From contig NMRA01000399.1 in assembly GCA_002633005.1 (NCBI GenBank), positions 257,288 to 321,287 of the forward strand: a DNA stretch of 64,000 nucleotides, in the 5' to 3' direction. This document shows positions 24,628-36,126 of this stretch, in pieces. Made by a program: the position numbers and the translations under genes. Position 1 is the first letter of the stretch. Each line of letters opens with the position of its first letter. The DNA comes from Phoronis australis. Its lineage: Eukaryota; Animalia; Phoronida. The notes beneath the pieces were generated by a model. The model saw only the letters and a program-made list of their open reading frames with translations, did no database searches and was not told the DNA's origin.

Positions 24628-25031
24628 CTAGAAAAAATAATCGGCATTCTAGGCATTGGTTGGTATCTCAGAGAAATCAATTACAGGCAAGAGTGAACAG
24701 GAAGCTAAATGTGATCACGTGTTTCGCATGCAATGACACGGCGATGTCTCCCAAATGCTTATTCTTGATTTTCTCGCATTAAATTAGGTCTACGGACCAC
24801 ATGTCTGTTATGACAGAGCAATATGAGCTGTATTATAACTAAACGTAATCCAGACACATATGCATGCCGAAAACAGATAGCAATGAAATGCGTTAAATAT
24901 TAGTGACACTAAGAGGCAGATTATTAACTCAAAATTAAAAAATGAAAAGCTTCACATTGATACGATTAACGGGTGAGCATAGTAGTGACCATCCAGTTTA
25001 CAGTAGGTATGGTCGATAAGAATTCAAATAC

Positions 25032-25523
25032 CTATTCCCTTTCGCCACTGTAGCCAACCCGAAGTCAATTAAGAACACCTTCACTTGATTAGCGCGTGAC
25101 ACATCAACCATGACGTTGTCATTCTTTATATCATTCAATAGCACGTTTGTTGAATGCACCAACTGAACTCCCTTCGCTATCTGCACCAAAATTGTAATCC
25201 ATGTCACTTCCGGTAATGGATGACCAGTACGAAGGAGATGACGCAGCGTGACGCCGTCTGCCACGTAGTCCATAACGATGCCGTAACGGTCATTATTTAG
25301 CTTGTCCTTATCAACGAGCATTCCATGAATTCGAGGAACGAAGCCAGTATTTTGGAGAATTACATGCATAAAATACTCCAGAACTGAATGTTTTAAACTT
25401 TTAACGTGGAACAGTTTCACACATACTTCTACTTCATTATCACAGAGAAATCCTTTGAACACGTGCGCTGATGTTCCGGAGCCAACAGGATAGATCATTT
25501 TATTTGTGGGATTTCTGTAGTAC
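25032..25523 (-). CDS. Protein kinase exon, subdomains I-VII
   Basis: GSGTSAHV Gly loop, VCVK, helix-C Glu, IVMDY hinge, LNDIKNDN, DFG. tttgcag| acceptor and AG|GTATTT donor. Confidence 0.92.
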
Positions 25524-25951
25524 CTGCAAACAAGAAATCGCGTGTCAGCCAAAGAGAGCCTTGGCACGCTCAGAGACTGAGTTATCCAAGTAGCAGAAAG
25601 ATAATGATTTTTGTTCTTTGCACTTCAATAAAATCTTTGAAATAGAAGAGGAAAGGCATTGGATCGGTGATTCACTTAGGATCTTGAAGAAAAAAACATT
25701 TTTGTTCCACCCCGGAAGGTTAGTATTCCTTCCTAGCAGATTACTAATCCACCCGAGTAAACGAGTGTTCCGCGCGGGCGGAATGCCACTTTTGTTCAAT
25801 GTCCTAATTGTGTCACCGCAGATTTGGGAAAAGTTAGACCTCGGCGTTTAAACATTTTTCGATATTTTACAAGTTGCACTGGGTTCTTCCATGTCTGACT
25901 TGCATATATGGGGTTTGGATATAGACCTAAATAAGGAGCTGTAGTTTTTAC

Positions 25952-26321
25952 CTGAATGAGTCAGGTTGGAGCAGCCTCACAAAAGGAAAACTGGCAAAGC
26001 TGTCCGTTGAAAAACATGGTTGGCTGAAAGCTTCATGACTAGGCGCGTGCTCAGATTTCCTCAGCACCCTCTCAGCTTGTGTCTTGACACTTTGCTTGAA
26101 ATCACCACTCTGTCCATAGTAATGTATTTTTGCAGCAGAGCGGCTAACATGCTTCTCTGGCAAGCTGTCATTAAACCAACCCAGGTTGTTACCAACATGG
26201 TTAGCGTTGTGAGCTCTCGGTCTCTTACGTCGCTCGATCATATCCGTTATTGCAGGCACAGACTTGGACATCTTAATCTTGTTGCCAGACACCGAGCGCA
26301 TTGAGGAAGACAGATCATGTT
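25952..26321 (-). CDS. Kinase gene, N-terminal region exon (HDLSSSMRSVSG...LQPDSFR)
   Basis: aatttcag| acceptor, 370 nt open, AG|GTAAAA phase-2 donor matching the acceptor at 25523. Confidence 0.65.
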
Positions 26322-26442
26322 CTGAAATTTAACGTTAGCAGAATAAAGATGTCAATCATTGCTAATGGACAATGCTACCACAGGTTTACATTTCCTAGTC
26401 ATATTGAAAAAAATGCATTAAAATCACTAGACTTCATTCTAA

Positions 26443-27203
26443 AGGGTCAGCCACACGTTCATTGAACGCAAACTGACGAACGGTCGGCCACGTCTTCGGA
26501 AAAAGTGAAAAACGGAGCACAGCAAATGATATACTAAAGTAAATGAGTGACCAAAGCAACCAGGCCTCGTGTGTTGGAAGGAAACAAGAGAAAATCTTAC
26601 AAAGGCTGAGCTAAATATTTTACAGGAAGTTTAGAACAAAAACTATGATGGAGTGCACCATGTACGACGTTTCGGTATTAGGCATGTATCATCGTGAAGA
26701 ACAGTAAAACAAAATAAAACAGAGTACTGTAACAAATCATAGTTCACTTTAGATCACAGTGCACTACATCTGTCGACTAAAAACAGCTACAACTCTTCCT
26801 TTATATAAAAAACGAACTATTATTCGCCAGCAGAAGAAACCGCGTGCAGATTCACCCTATTATAAATTGTAGCAGAACAGCACAAGGCATGCACGTTGGA
26901 ATAAGACGAGGTTTCATGTCGTAATGACGGAACACTACTTCGTCTTACTAATGAAATCAAACTTTCATTTCATGCCTAACAAACATTTATGAAATTAACA
27001 ACTTTACATTTAAACTATTTATCTCTGAATTATCCTTGCTAGTTTTGGTTATTTAAGCAACAACGACTGAAAACTGAAGACTTTTTCCATTTGTCTCATG
27101 GTGGACACTCTCAGCTGACAATAAATCGCTTGCTGAATACTTGTTTGTGGAAACGATTCCTTCCTAAATTCGTCGTTGTTTTCATGAAGATGTAGTCGGC
27201 CCT
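26443..27203. mobile_element. Decayed TTAA-flanked TIR element (Kolobok-like) in a kinase intron
   Basis: Left end ctaa-AGGGTCAGCCACACGTTCAT and right end ATGAAGATGTAGTCGGCCCT-ttaa are imperfect inverted repeats. Confidence 0.5.
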
Positions 27204-27395
27204 TTAACCCTTTAACCAGGATGGCAGAAGTGATGAAAAATGGATATTTTTGAAATGTAACTTTTATTTTTACGAACTACGACAAGAGTTTGCCAATACG
27301 TTTTTTATACTAAAATATTCTCGTTCTAAACAATACTCACAACTTCATCAACATGATAATTTTTTTAGGAGAGTAACACAAAAAGCTGGTCTTAC

Positions 27396-27645
27396 GTAAA
27401 GGAACAGACTTAGTCTCCCCCTCAGGACGCGAAGTCGGAGCCATCACGTGAGTGGAGCGCGCGCACAGACGTAGGGGGCAAGCCGTAGAAACTTCGACAA
27501 ACATCGACTTGTCTTGCTCGGTGCCGCTAGGAGTGGTAGTGTAGGCAGACGCCCTCAATATTCCAGCAGAGGACAGCTTCTTGGGTTGGCTCAAGATGGC
27601 TTCACGTGACGCGGTATAAGTGGAGAAAGTCATCGTATCTCTTTC
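27396..27645 (-). CDS. Kinase gene, putative upstream Ser/Thr-rich exon (ERDTMTFSTYT...KSVPL)
   Basis: Open frame. Strong donor C|GTAAGA in phase 1 matches the acceptor at 26321. Acceptor gacag is weak and the ATG at 27633 could be the start. Confidence 0.45.
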
Positions 27646-30267
27646 CTGTCGACATCACAGTTAAAATGTCAGGATATTGACTACAAGCTTATAAACTATT
27701 TTTCTGTCATAAAAACAACCTTCGATGAAATATTTGTCAAATTGTGCTTTTAAGTCGGGGCTTGGGAAGAGCTAACAGTTCATAGAGGTCAGAGGTCAAG
27801 TTTAATGCCCAATTAGTTGGCATTTCCGGAGGGAGAGGAAGTTGTTTGATGTGCCGGGCTTGACCTCAAATAATAACGAACTGTGGATTCTTCTCCAATC
27901 TAGAAATCATTTATTTTTTAGAAAACGATTGCTGTTTTATAATGGAAAGTGGATTAAATGAAGCGTTAGTCTATTTAGTTTGTGTAGCGACCACTAGTCG
28001 AGCAAAGAGTTCTAACACTACCACAGGTGTCGCTGAAAGTTGCTCGTGAACAACGAGTTTGTGTTATTAATTTTTCTATCCACATCCATGATTCTACGTG
28101 TCTATGGTGACACTCAACAGCCACGGTTAAATGTACCTGCCCCCCCCCCCCTTTCATTAAAATTGGTGTCTGCTTGGCTCACTGGGCACTTTAAGATCTG
28201 TGCTGCACATGACGCCTACGAATGGCATTTGCATGATTTGACTCTGTTCTAATTTAAAAAAATGCCAGTTGCTGACCCTATAATCCTTTTGCTCCGTCGT
28301 GGTTTTCCTTAAACCTTTATTGCTTGCAAGCGGAAGTTGAAATTAAGCAGGAAATTCAGGTACCCGTCCGACACTTTTGGATTTATAAGAACCTGGCTGG
28401 TCGTCACCTACTTTTCACCTTATTTCCATAATTTGGAGGTTTTGGCAGTCATTGTCTTTCACAAATCATAATAATCGCATGCGAATGTTGGTTTCTTTAT
28501 GAAAACAGCTGATTTAGTGTATATATGTTTGTTAAACCAAGTAGCCGAGTGAACTTCCGGTAAGTTGGAAACAACCGACTTTGTGGAAGGTTTTGAAGTG
28601 ATTGGCTGAGAATATTCTTCTGAATTTTCAGGTTCCGTACAAGGCAAAGCTGGCTCTGCACCAAGAACTATGGAGTGCCAGCTAAACATGTAAAGTCAGT
28701 TACCCTGTGTGAGACATATGACGAGTACCGTAAACGTTCTTGATTACACAAACCGTAAACTGAATGACTGGCACAAGTTCATTGGTTACTTTAATATGAA
28801 GATCCATTGACCCAAACTTGATTTAGATCAGTGCATTTCAAGCTCGCCACTTCGCACTGCACGACAATTCTACCTGCAACCTGCGTGATCATCAACATAA
28901 TGTTCATGAAAAAATGTTAAAGTTTATTGTTCAGTAATGTTCCTGCTGTAGGCCTATTACTGTCACCATTTAAACTTGAATAAAATGTGATTATCAAATC
29001 TCCGAAACGTTGTTAGTGCGTCGCAAGCTACAACATTACCGATCAATATGCCCAGAACGTGATGGAACAACCTCTATATCGGTTAATTCCGACAGGGCCA
29101 CAAAGACGAAGTTGACCGATCGACGATGTTTATAAGAATGTATTTCAACTGAATTCACAAGAGGTGTATGCAAGAAACACTTAGTGATAAAGAATAGAGG
29201 ATGATTACCCATGGGGTGCCACAACCAATATGGACAAATTCGAACAAAGTTTTTGGGAACAATTGTAATTATTTTTCTTATCTAGGCGCAACTCACCAAC
29301 TCCTCTCCGTTATCAGTCGAAAAGCTAATCTCCGTCTCGTCGAAACATCCGACATTCTTCCGTTCTTTCACAAAGCACAGCGCACCGCAAATAGTGCTGA
29401 TGCAGGATGCGCATTCCCCTATGTAACTGAACATTTTAGATATCTCACAGGATAGTATAAGTCGTATCAAAAGCACGACTGGACACGACATGGAAACCAT
29501 GAGAATGTAAACATTACGTAACATGATTCATGACGTTGGGTGACGTTGTCATGATTGTTGACGTACAAAACATCACAAAAATGACGAGATCACTTTTGAA
29601 ATATAAATCGACTACTTTGGACGTAATCTGTAGCAGTTTAAACTTTAGTCCTAACTGAAATATTTTCACTGATTTTGAAATAGATGAGGATTTATTCAAC
29701 ACCGGTCGTTTCATATTTCTTTTTTAAAAGAAAAATACGAAAATGAAGCGATTCTTTGTAAAAACTTAAATTTTTCTGTTTTGTTCGTACTCTTAAGCTA
29801 TCATTTGCCTTGCATGTTTTCTCACATATACTTGGATGGTTTTAACTGCTTATGCCATGTATTGAGTTTCATCAACATTACTGTGAGCTGTCACCAATAT
29901 AGGCATATTTTTGTAAATTACGATGTTTGTGTACGATTTGCGAATCAGCTGGTTTGCATTTAAATTCGTTGAATGTTTTGAATTTCGCCCTAAAAACCTT
30001 TCAAATCTAAAACGACACAAAAACTGATCAAAATACAAAAGTAAAATATAATTTCCAAATTTTCAGAGTAAATGCTCTGAAGTCCATGCAATGTCTTGCC
30101 AGATCGCTGATCCAGGTCAAAACCTTTTAACTAAATATGTAATGGCGGTTATTCAGTTACATTGCTGTTGTATGACTGTAGATTTAACACGTAACTGTTG
30201 TCAATTTTTTAAGTAAAACAAAAAGTTTAAAAGAAATCATCAAGGAGTGATTTTCTATTCGCAACAT

Positions 30268-30336
30268 CATGGGCGGCGCACCATAGGGAGCTGGGGGCTA
30301 CAGCCCCCCGAGTTTTTCAGTGCTGTGCCGCCCATG
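30268..30336. mobile_element. 69-bp mini-MITE
   Basis: 10-bp TIR CATGGGCGGC...GCCGCCCATG with AACAT on both flanks. Confidence 0.55.
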
Positions 30337-30968
30337 AACATTGCGTCTAGAAACCTAAATTGTTAATGGACTTAAAATAACAATTAGTTAAATTCGTGTT
30401 CTAAGCGAAAAAGGTGAAATATTATAAATAGCATGCATCGCTAGATTAAGTAAAATAAATATGGGTTCTTGACATTTGTCCGAATTCATATGCAACGACT
30501 ATTTTCTTTTCCAGACATAGAAAACAATCACTTCAAACAAAAGATGCCATATTTAGGTTTGTTTTCCACAAACAAACCAAAACCTTATTTTGGCCAATGA
30601 AGGAGATGAACATTAATGGTAGTCTGCGAACGACGTATGATGATAACGTGTTAAAAATGCTGTTCGTATTATATTTCGAAATAAAGATAGGATGGGAAAA
30701 CAGATTGTCAATGCATGTTTTTAATTCAAAGTTCAAAGGGACCCATTCGTCGGCAATATTAGGAAATTAGGACTGTTGGGGAGTTGACTAAGGTGCGTTG
30801 GAAATTTTGAAATATCTGTCATACAAACAACTACTTAACTGCTTAACTTTCTCTGTTTAGACCGTGTTTGTGTCTTCAAACAATGGCAATCCTGTCAAGT
30901 GGGCAAAGACAACTGGTTGGTTTATAAAATCTCAAAAAATATTCACAAATTAACATGAAAGTGTTTTT

Positions 30969-31416
30969 ATGTTACACTCTCTTGTTCATAGGTACGACCA
31001 ATGTTACACTCTCTTGTTCATGGTACGACCAATGTTACACTGTCTTGCTCACAGTACGACCAATGTTACACTCTCTTGTTCATAGTACGACCAATGTTAC
31101 ACTCTCTTGTTCATAGTACGACCAATGTTACACTCTCTTGTTCATAGGTACGACCAATGTTACACTGTCTTGTTCACAGGTACGACCAATGTTACACTGT
31201 CTTGTTCACAGGTACGACCAATGTTACACTCTCTTGTTCATAGTACGACCAATGTTACACTCTCTTGTTCATAGTACGACCAATGTTGCACTCTCTTGTT
31301 CATAGGTAGGACCAATGTTACACTGTCTTGCTCACAGTACGACCAATGTTACACTCTCTTGTTCATAGTACGACCAATGTTACAATCTCTTGTTCATAGT
31401 ACGACCAATGTTACAC
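30969..31416. repeat. 31-32-bp minisatellite ATGTTACACTCTCTTGTTCATAGTACGACCA
   Basis: About 14 tandem copies. Confidence 0.95.
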
Positions 31417-31464
31417 GCTGTGGACCATAAACAAGTAGGTCTCTTAGCACGATATTAGCAGTTA

Positions 31465-31536
31465 AATCGTGGTGGTGTAGTGGTTAAGCACGCGCGCTCT
31501 ATCCGCCAGGGCGTGAGTTCGAGTCTGAGGTACGTT
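31465..31536 (+). mobile_element. tRNA-derived SINE head or tRNA pseudogene
   Basis: A box TGGTGTAGTGG (31473) and B box GTTCGAGTC (31517) at tRNA spacing, but the stems do not close. Confidence 0.55.
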
Positions 31537-33469
31537 TGGTGTTTTCCTGTTTGACACGTTCTCCGTTGTTTTGCCTTTTTTCTTGGATAATACTTCAGGA
31601 ATCAAGGAAAATGCTTGATTTTTAGAGGAAAAAACAGAAAAATTTCCTAGGCGGGAGGGGGGCAAACCCCTATGCGCATCTACAATCGTGCTTCAGTTTG
31701 CGCAAATGCTTNNNNNNNNNNNNNNNNNNNNNNNNNNNNNNNNNNNNNNNNNNNNNNNNNNNNNNNNNNNNNNNNNNNNNNNNNNNNNNNNNNNNNNNNN
31801 NNNNNNNNNNNNNNNNNNNNNNNNNNNNNNNNNNNNNNNNNNNNNNNNNNNNNNNNNNNNNNNNNNNNNNNNNNNNNNNNNNNNNNNNNNNNNNNNNNNN
31901 NNNNNNNNNNNNNNNNNNNNNNNNNNNNNNNNNNNNNNNNNNNNNNNNNNNNNNNNNNNNNNNNNNNNNNNNNNNNNNNNNNNNNNNNNNNNNNNNNNNN
32001 NNNNNNNNNNNNNNNNNNNNNNNNNNNNNNNNNNNNNNNNNNNNNNNNNNNNNNNNNNNNNNNNNNNNNNNNNNNNNNNNNNNNNNNNNNNNNNNNNNNN
32101 NNNNNNNNNNNNNNNNNNNNNNNNNNNNNNNNNNNNNNNNNNNNNNNNNNNNNNNNNNNNNNNNNNNNNNNNNNNNNNNNNNNNNNNNNNNNNNNNNNNN
32201 NNNNNNNNNNNNNNNNNNNNNNNNNNNNNNNNNNNNNNNNNNNNNNNNNNNNNNNNNNNNNNNNNNNNNNNNNNNNNNNNNNNNNNNNNNNNNCGGGCAA
32301 AATCCTGGCCAATACTCTGCCCTGGGCCCCCCCCCCTAATTAAAAATCCTGGATCCGCTCTGTTCACTGCGTGTTGATTATTACTGTAACTCTGGTCAAA
32401 ATTATATTTTTGGTGTTAAACCTTGGGAGTGTAAAGTTAAGGAGTGAATTGTTTGCGTGAGAACATGCGATAACCCCCTTAGTAGCCTACTTCGCATCAC
32501 GGATGAAATGACTTTTTTCTTTATTCTGAAAATTTTGACACATTGATCACTTTTTCTGCATGCTCCCACCAGCCTTGCAATCGCTCCCTTTTCAACAAAA
32601 ATGGCTGCATTGGCAATCCAGTCGTTATGGTTAACTGTATTTTCTGTTCCTCCTGCGCGTTTACCGTTGCGTCCAAAATATAACCACCGCATGTTACATG
32701 TGGCATCATTTTATGGAGACTGACTCGCCACGTCAACGAGTCATGATTGGCTGGCCAACAACTTTGACAGGCGATCAAGGGTCCATTTACGATGTCGAGC
32801 AAATGAAATACAAATTTCAACTTTCGTACAAAAATACATTTAGCATTCTTTCAGTATGGAAATCGACGTTTGTTTAGTTGGTGAATTGTGAGCTGGCAAC
32901 TCAAGCCACAGGCAATGCGTACTTCAGCCATTTCTGAATCTGCAATTTTAAGGTTGCCTAACCCCAATAAGCTCTGAAGTTGATTGTTTCGACGTTCTTG
33001 TTGGTAACGGAAATAGAATCCTGTTACGGTAACGAATGTCATGAGACTACATTTTATAAGGGTAAAAAAGACTCTTTCGATTTTGTTTTAGCATAGAGCA
33101 AAATACAGCTTTAAGATGTGTAATGTTGTCCAGTTTTTAATGGCACGTTTGGTTTGGAACATTGCACATGGATTGAGCAGTATTCTTACACTATATAGCT
33201 AGTGCTAAAATGCTAGCCTCTATCAAGGCATTAATGCTTTTAGTCGGTCCTGTGAATATGACGACGGCCGTACGCTGTGCCGGATTAAGCAATTGAGGGG
33301 TCGGTGGCATAGGTCGAAACATTGGTTTCCTACTCAGTCAAATGCTCATACAACGATTATCTCAAAGCAAAAGCAAAATGTGTGTAATATTCACTCTTGA
33401 GATAGAAAGCAAACGATAAGTGTGTCCACTGGGATACGCTAGCGGTTGATCGAATTGGACAAATTTAGG

Positions 33470-33660
33470 AATTTACACACCGCTAATCAGGGGCCCCACG
33501 CTTGTTCCAATTATAATAATTTACACACCTCTTATCAGGGGCCCCACGCTTGTTCCAGTTATAATAATTTACACACCTCTTATCAGGGGCTCCACGCTTG
33601 TTCCAATTATAATAATTTACACACCGCTAATCAGGGGCCCACGCTTGTTCCAATTATAAT
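33470..33660. repeat. About 48-bp tandem repeat, 4 copies
   Basis: Unit AATTTACACACC...GGGGCCCCACGCTTGTTCCAATTATAAT. Confidence 0.9.
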
Positions 33661-34736
33661 ATTAAGAATGCTACGTTTGTCAAACAAATGGAAATTTAAG
33701 TTTTGCAAATTTTGCTGTTATGTGTCATGACAACTCCAAACAAATTATAATAATAATAATGAATTCCTGGCGTATTTGGTGACCTTCTGCAATTTTTAGA
33801 TACTAGCGTTTTTTGTGTGCACGCTTACGCTTTGAACAGTACTGCGACACCTGCAATTCTCTGAACATCGCTAACTCAGTGGGGTCTCGCACCCTAGCCC
33901 CTTCACATATTGAAAATGAAGGGCCCCAAAACAAACTTTCCAAATCGGGTTCGCATCACTTCAAGGTCAGATTGCTTCCATAGGCGCAGAAACATGTAAG
34001 TTTATGGTATCGGTGCCCCTAAAACTGCTGTGAACGAGCGCTACCCGTAGCATATGCTTCTTCCGCCTTAAGAGTTTTGTAAGAAGTACATAAGATCGCA
34101 CGCTTCATGTTGGCCACACTAAATATGCCTGCAATCTACATCTCCATGCCGGTCTCCGGAATTAGTAGGAATTAGGAAATTCATACGAAGCCATGAAGAC
34201 CACATTTCTGTCTTAAGTCTTAAGTTACTTTTCATGAAACACAAGCCTGGTCAGAAAAGTATCTTAACATGTCTGTAGGTAGGAAACTTATGGATCTTCG
34301 TACGCTGATTAACACACGATTGACTTAACACAGGGATGTTTTTAGAAAATTGAAATCAATATTTTTGAAAGGACTTGGAGGAATGTTCCAGTTTTGTAAA
34401 CATTTCAACTAATATCGTTTTTCATGACCATAATTAAAATAAATTAAATGAAAAAATATATCAATGTCATTTCATTCTGGGTAAATTCGTGAAATGGTGA
34501 TTGGTAAAATAATTCGAATTAATGCGATTTTAATTAAGGTCAATGCTGTTGACTTTGTGTTGTTCAGATAGCTGACCGACATCATGACCCCAGACATGTG
34601 TTTATACTATAAAGGAGAAGCTAATTTTACCATATGGCGGTCATTCAGGGTCGAATGAGACCATTTATCTCTGTGGGACAATTGTCACTAAAATCAAAGT
34701 TTCAAGAGCTTCCTGTAGAACACATACATGCATCAA

Positions 34737-34752
34737 CCACTAGGTGGCGCTG
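34737..34752 (+). promoter_or_regulatory. CTCF-consensus motif CCACTAGGTGGCGCTG
   Basis: Motif match only, to the CCACYAGGKGGCRS core. Confidence 0.4.
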
Positions 34753-34777
34753 CAGATATTACCTGCAACGGCACCAG

Positions 34778-36126
34778 GGCCCGGTCTCCAATCTCCGTAC
34801 TCAGACTCATACTCATACTCGAGATTTCATACTCAAAATCGTGCTCACTGGAGTCGTACTCAAAAAAGCGTATCTAATGTCGGATTTCGAGTAGACTCCA
34901 AACGTACTCAAATCTGACACTCATACTCGAGTTGCTATGGAACTCTTTATGATGTGAAATGCAAAATCACGCAAAGCCGCGCTGATTCATCGCTTCCTAT
35001 TGGAATAGACCACCCCAAGAACTAGGCCTACATTATCGTCTGCTGTCGCTACAACTACAAGAGTATGTCTATAACGTGGAATTTTGAGTGTTCTGTAACT
35101 GTTATTCATTTTTTAGTTTCAATAAATATTCTTATGCCATTTCTTTGATACACTTGGCAAATTATTAAGCTTTACTTCTTGAGTTCCTCACCCAGTCCCG
35201 AAAATGTCTTAAGAAATATGTAACAGCTTATCACATTACATCTCTGTTGCTAATTCAGTCTTGACATAAACCCATTGCTGTGTAGGCCTACGCTGATGTC
35301 AAACTTTGATACTGTATCTTTGTATTTTACTGGGATGTATCAAGTGAGTTGACATTTGGCACGTGAGTTAAAAAACAATACTTGTGCAGGCAATCAGAGT
35401 TCACCAGTGGCAGTGAACGGGACGAGACGTCTACTTAGAAATCGGCAAACAAAATCTGGAATTCCGTTTGTGGATTGAGGAATTATAGATGACTAAGTTA
35501 TGATGAGAAATGTACCTCGTCTTTTGGAAACCCTACAAAACGTAGGCACAAATACCGAAATAAGGGCAGCACAAACTTCTCACACGACTTTTCCCACAAC
35601 TGCTTTCGACGCTTGTTATGACTCGCCGACAAAGGATTACAATGCGCCTGTTGCCAGGAATTGTAGAGGTAGAATGGCGGCCATAACATACAGTGATAAG
35701 GCGGGTTAATAAGGTGAAGAATAAGAAGATTTAAGATGAAAACTATTATCTCTGAACTGAAATTGAAGTGCTGAGATACGGTAAGAGGACTTATTTTTTT
35801 ATATTTGCTGTGTTTCTTGGTTCCCTTTCGATATTTTGTTCTCTGGCTCGTATTTATTTTCGAGTACGATTTCAAGCACACTGCCATACCAAACTTGAAA
35901 TTTAGAGCATATACTCGGAATTTTTACTCAAAATCGTACTCGAAATATGGATGAAATACACTTCGCTTCGAGTATACTCGAAAATTGAGTACGTGCTCGA
36001 AATTTCGAGTACAGATTTTTCGAGTATGACATTGAATACACCAAAGCTGAGTCTGTACTCGAGTTGAGTATGAAGTGTGAGTTTGAGCATGATTCGAGTC
36101 TGAGTACGGAGATTGGAGACCGGGCC
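34778..36126. mobile_element. Non-autonomous PIF/Harbinger-type DNA transposon, 1349 bp
   Basis: Perfect 31-bp TIR GGCCCGGTCTCCAATCTCCGTACTCAGACTC, 3-bp CAG duplication on both sides, subterminal TACTC/GAGTA arrays, no transposase ORF. Confidence 0.88.

Noticed and set aside
28459-29224. Further upstream kinase exons (donor near 29040, acceptor near 28681, phase-compatible)
   Set aside because: There is no convincing donor before the in-frame stop at 28459 and no recognisable motif, so it is left unannotated.
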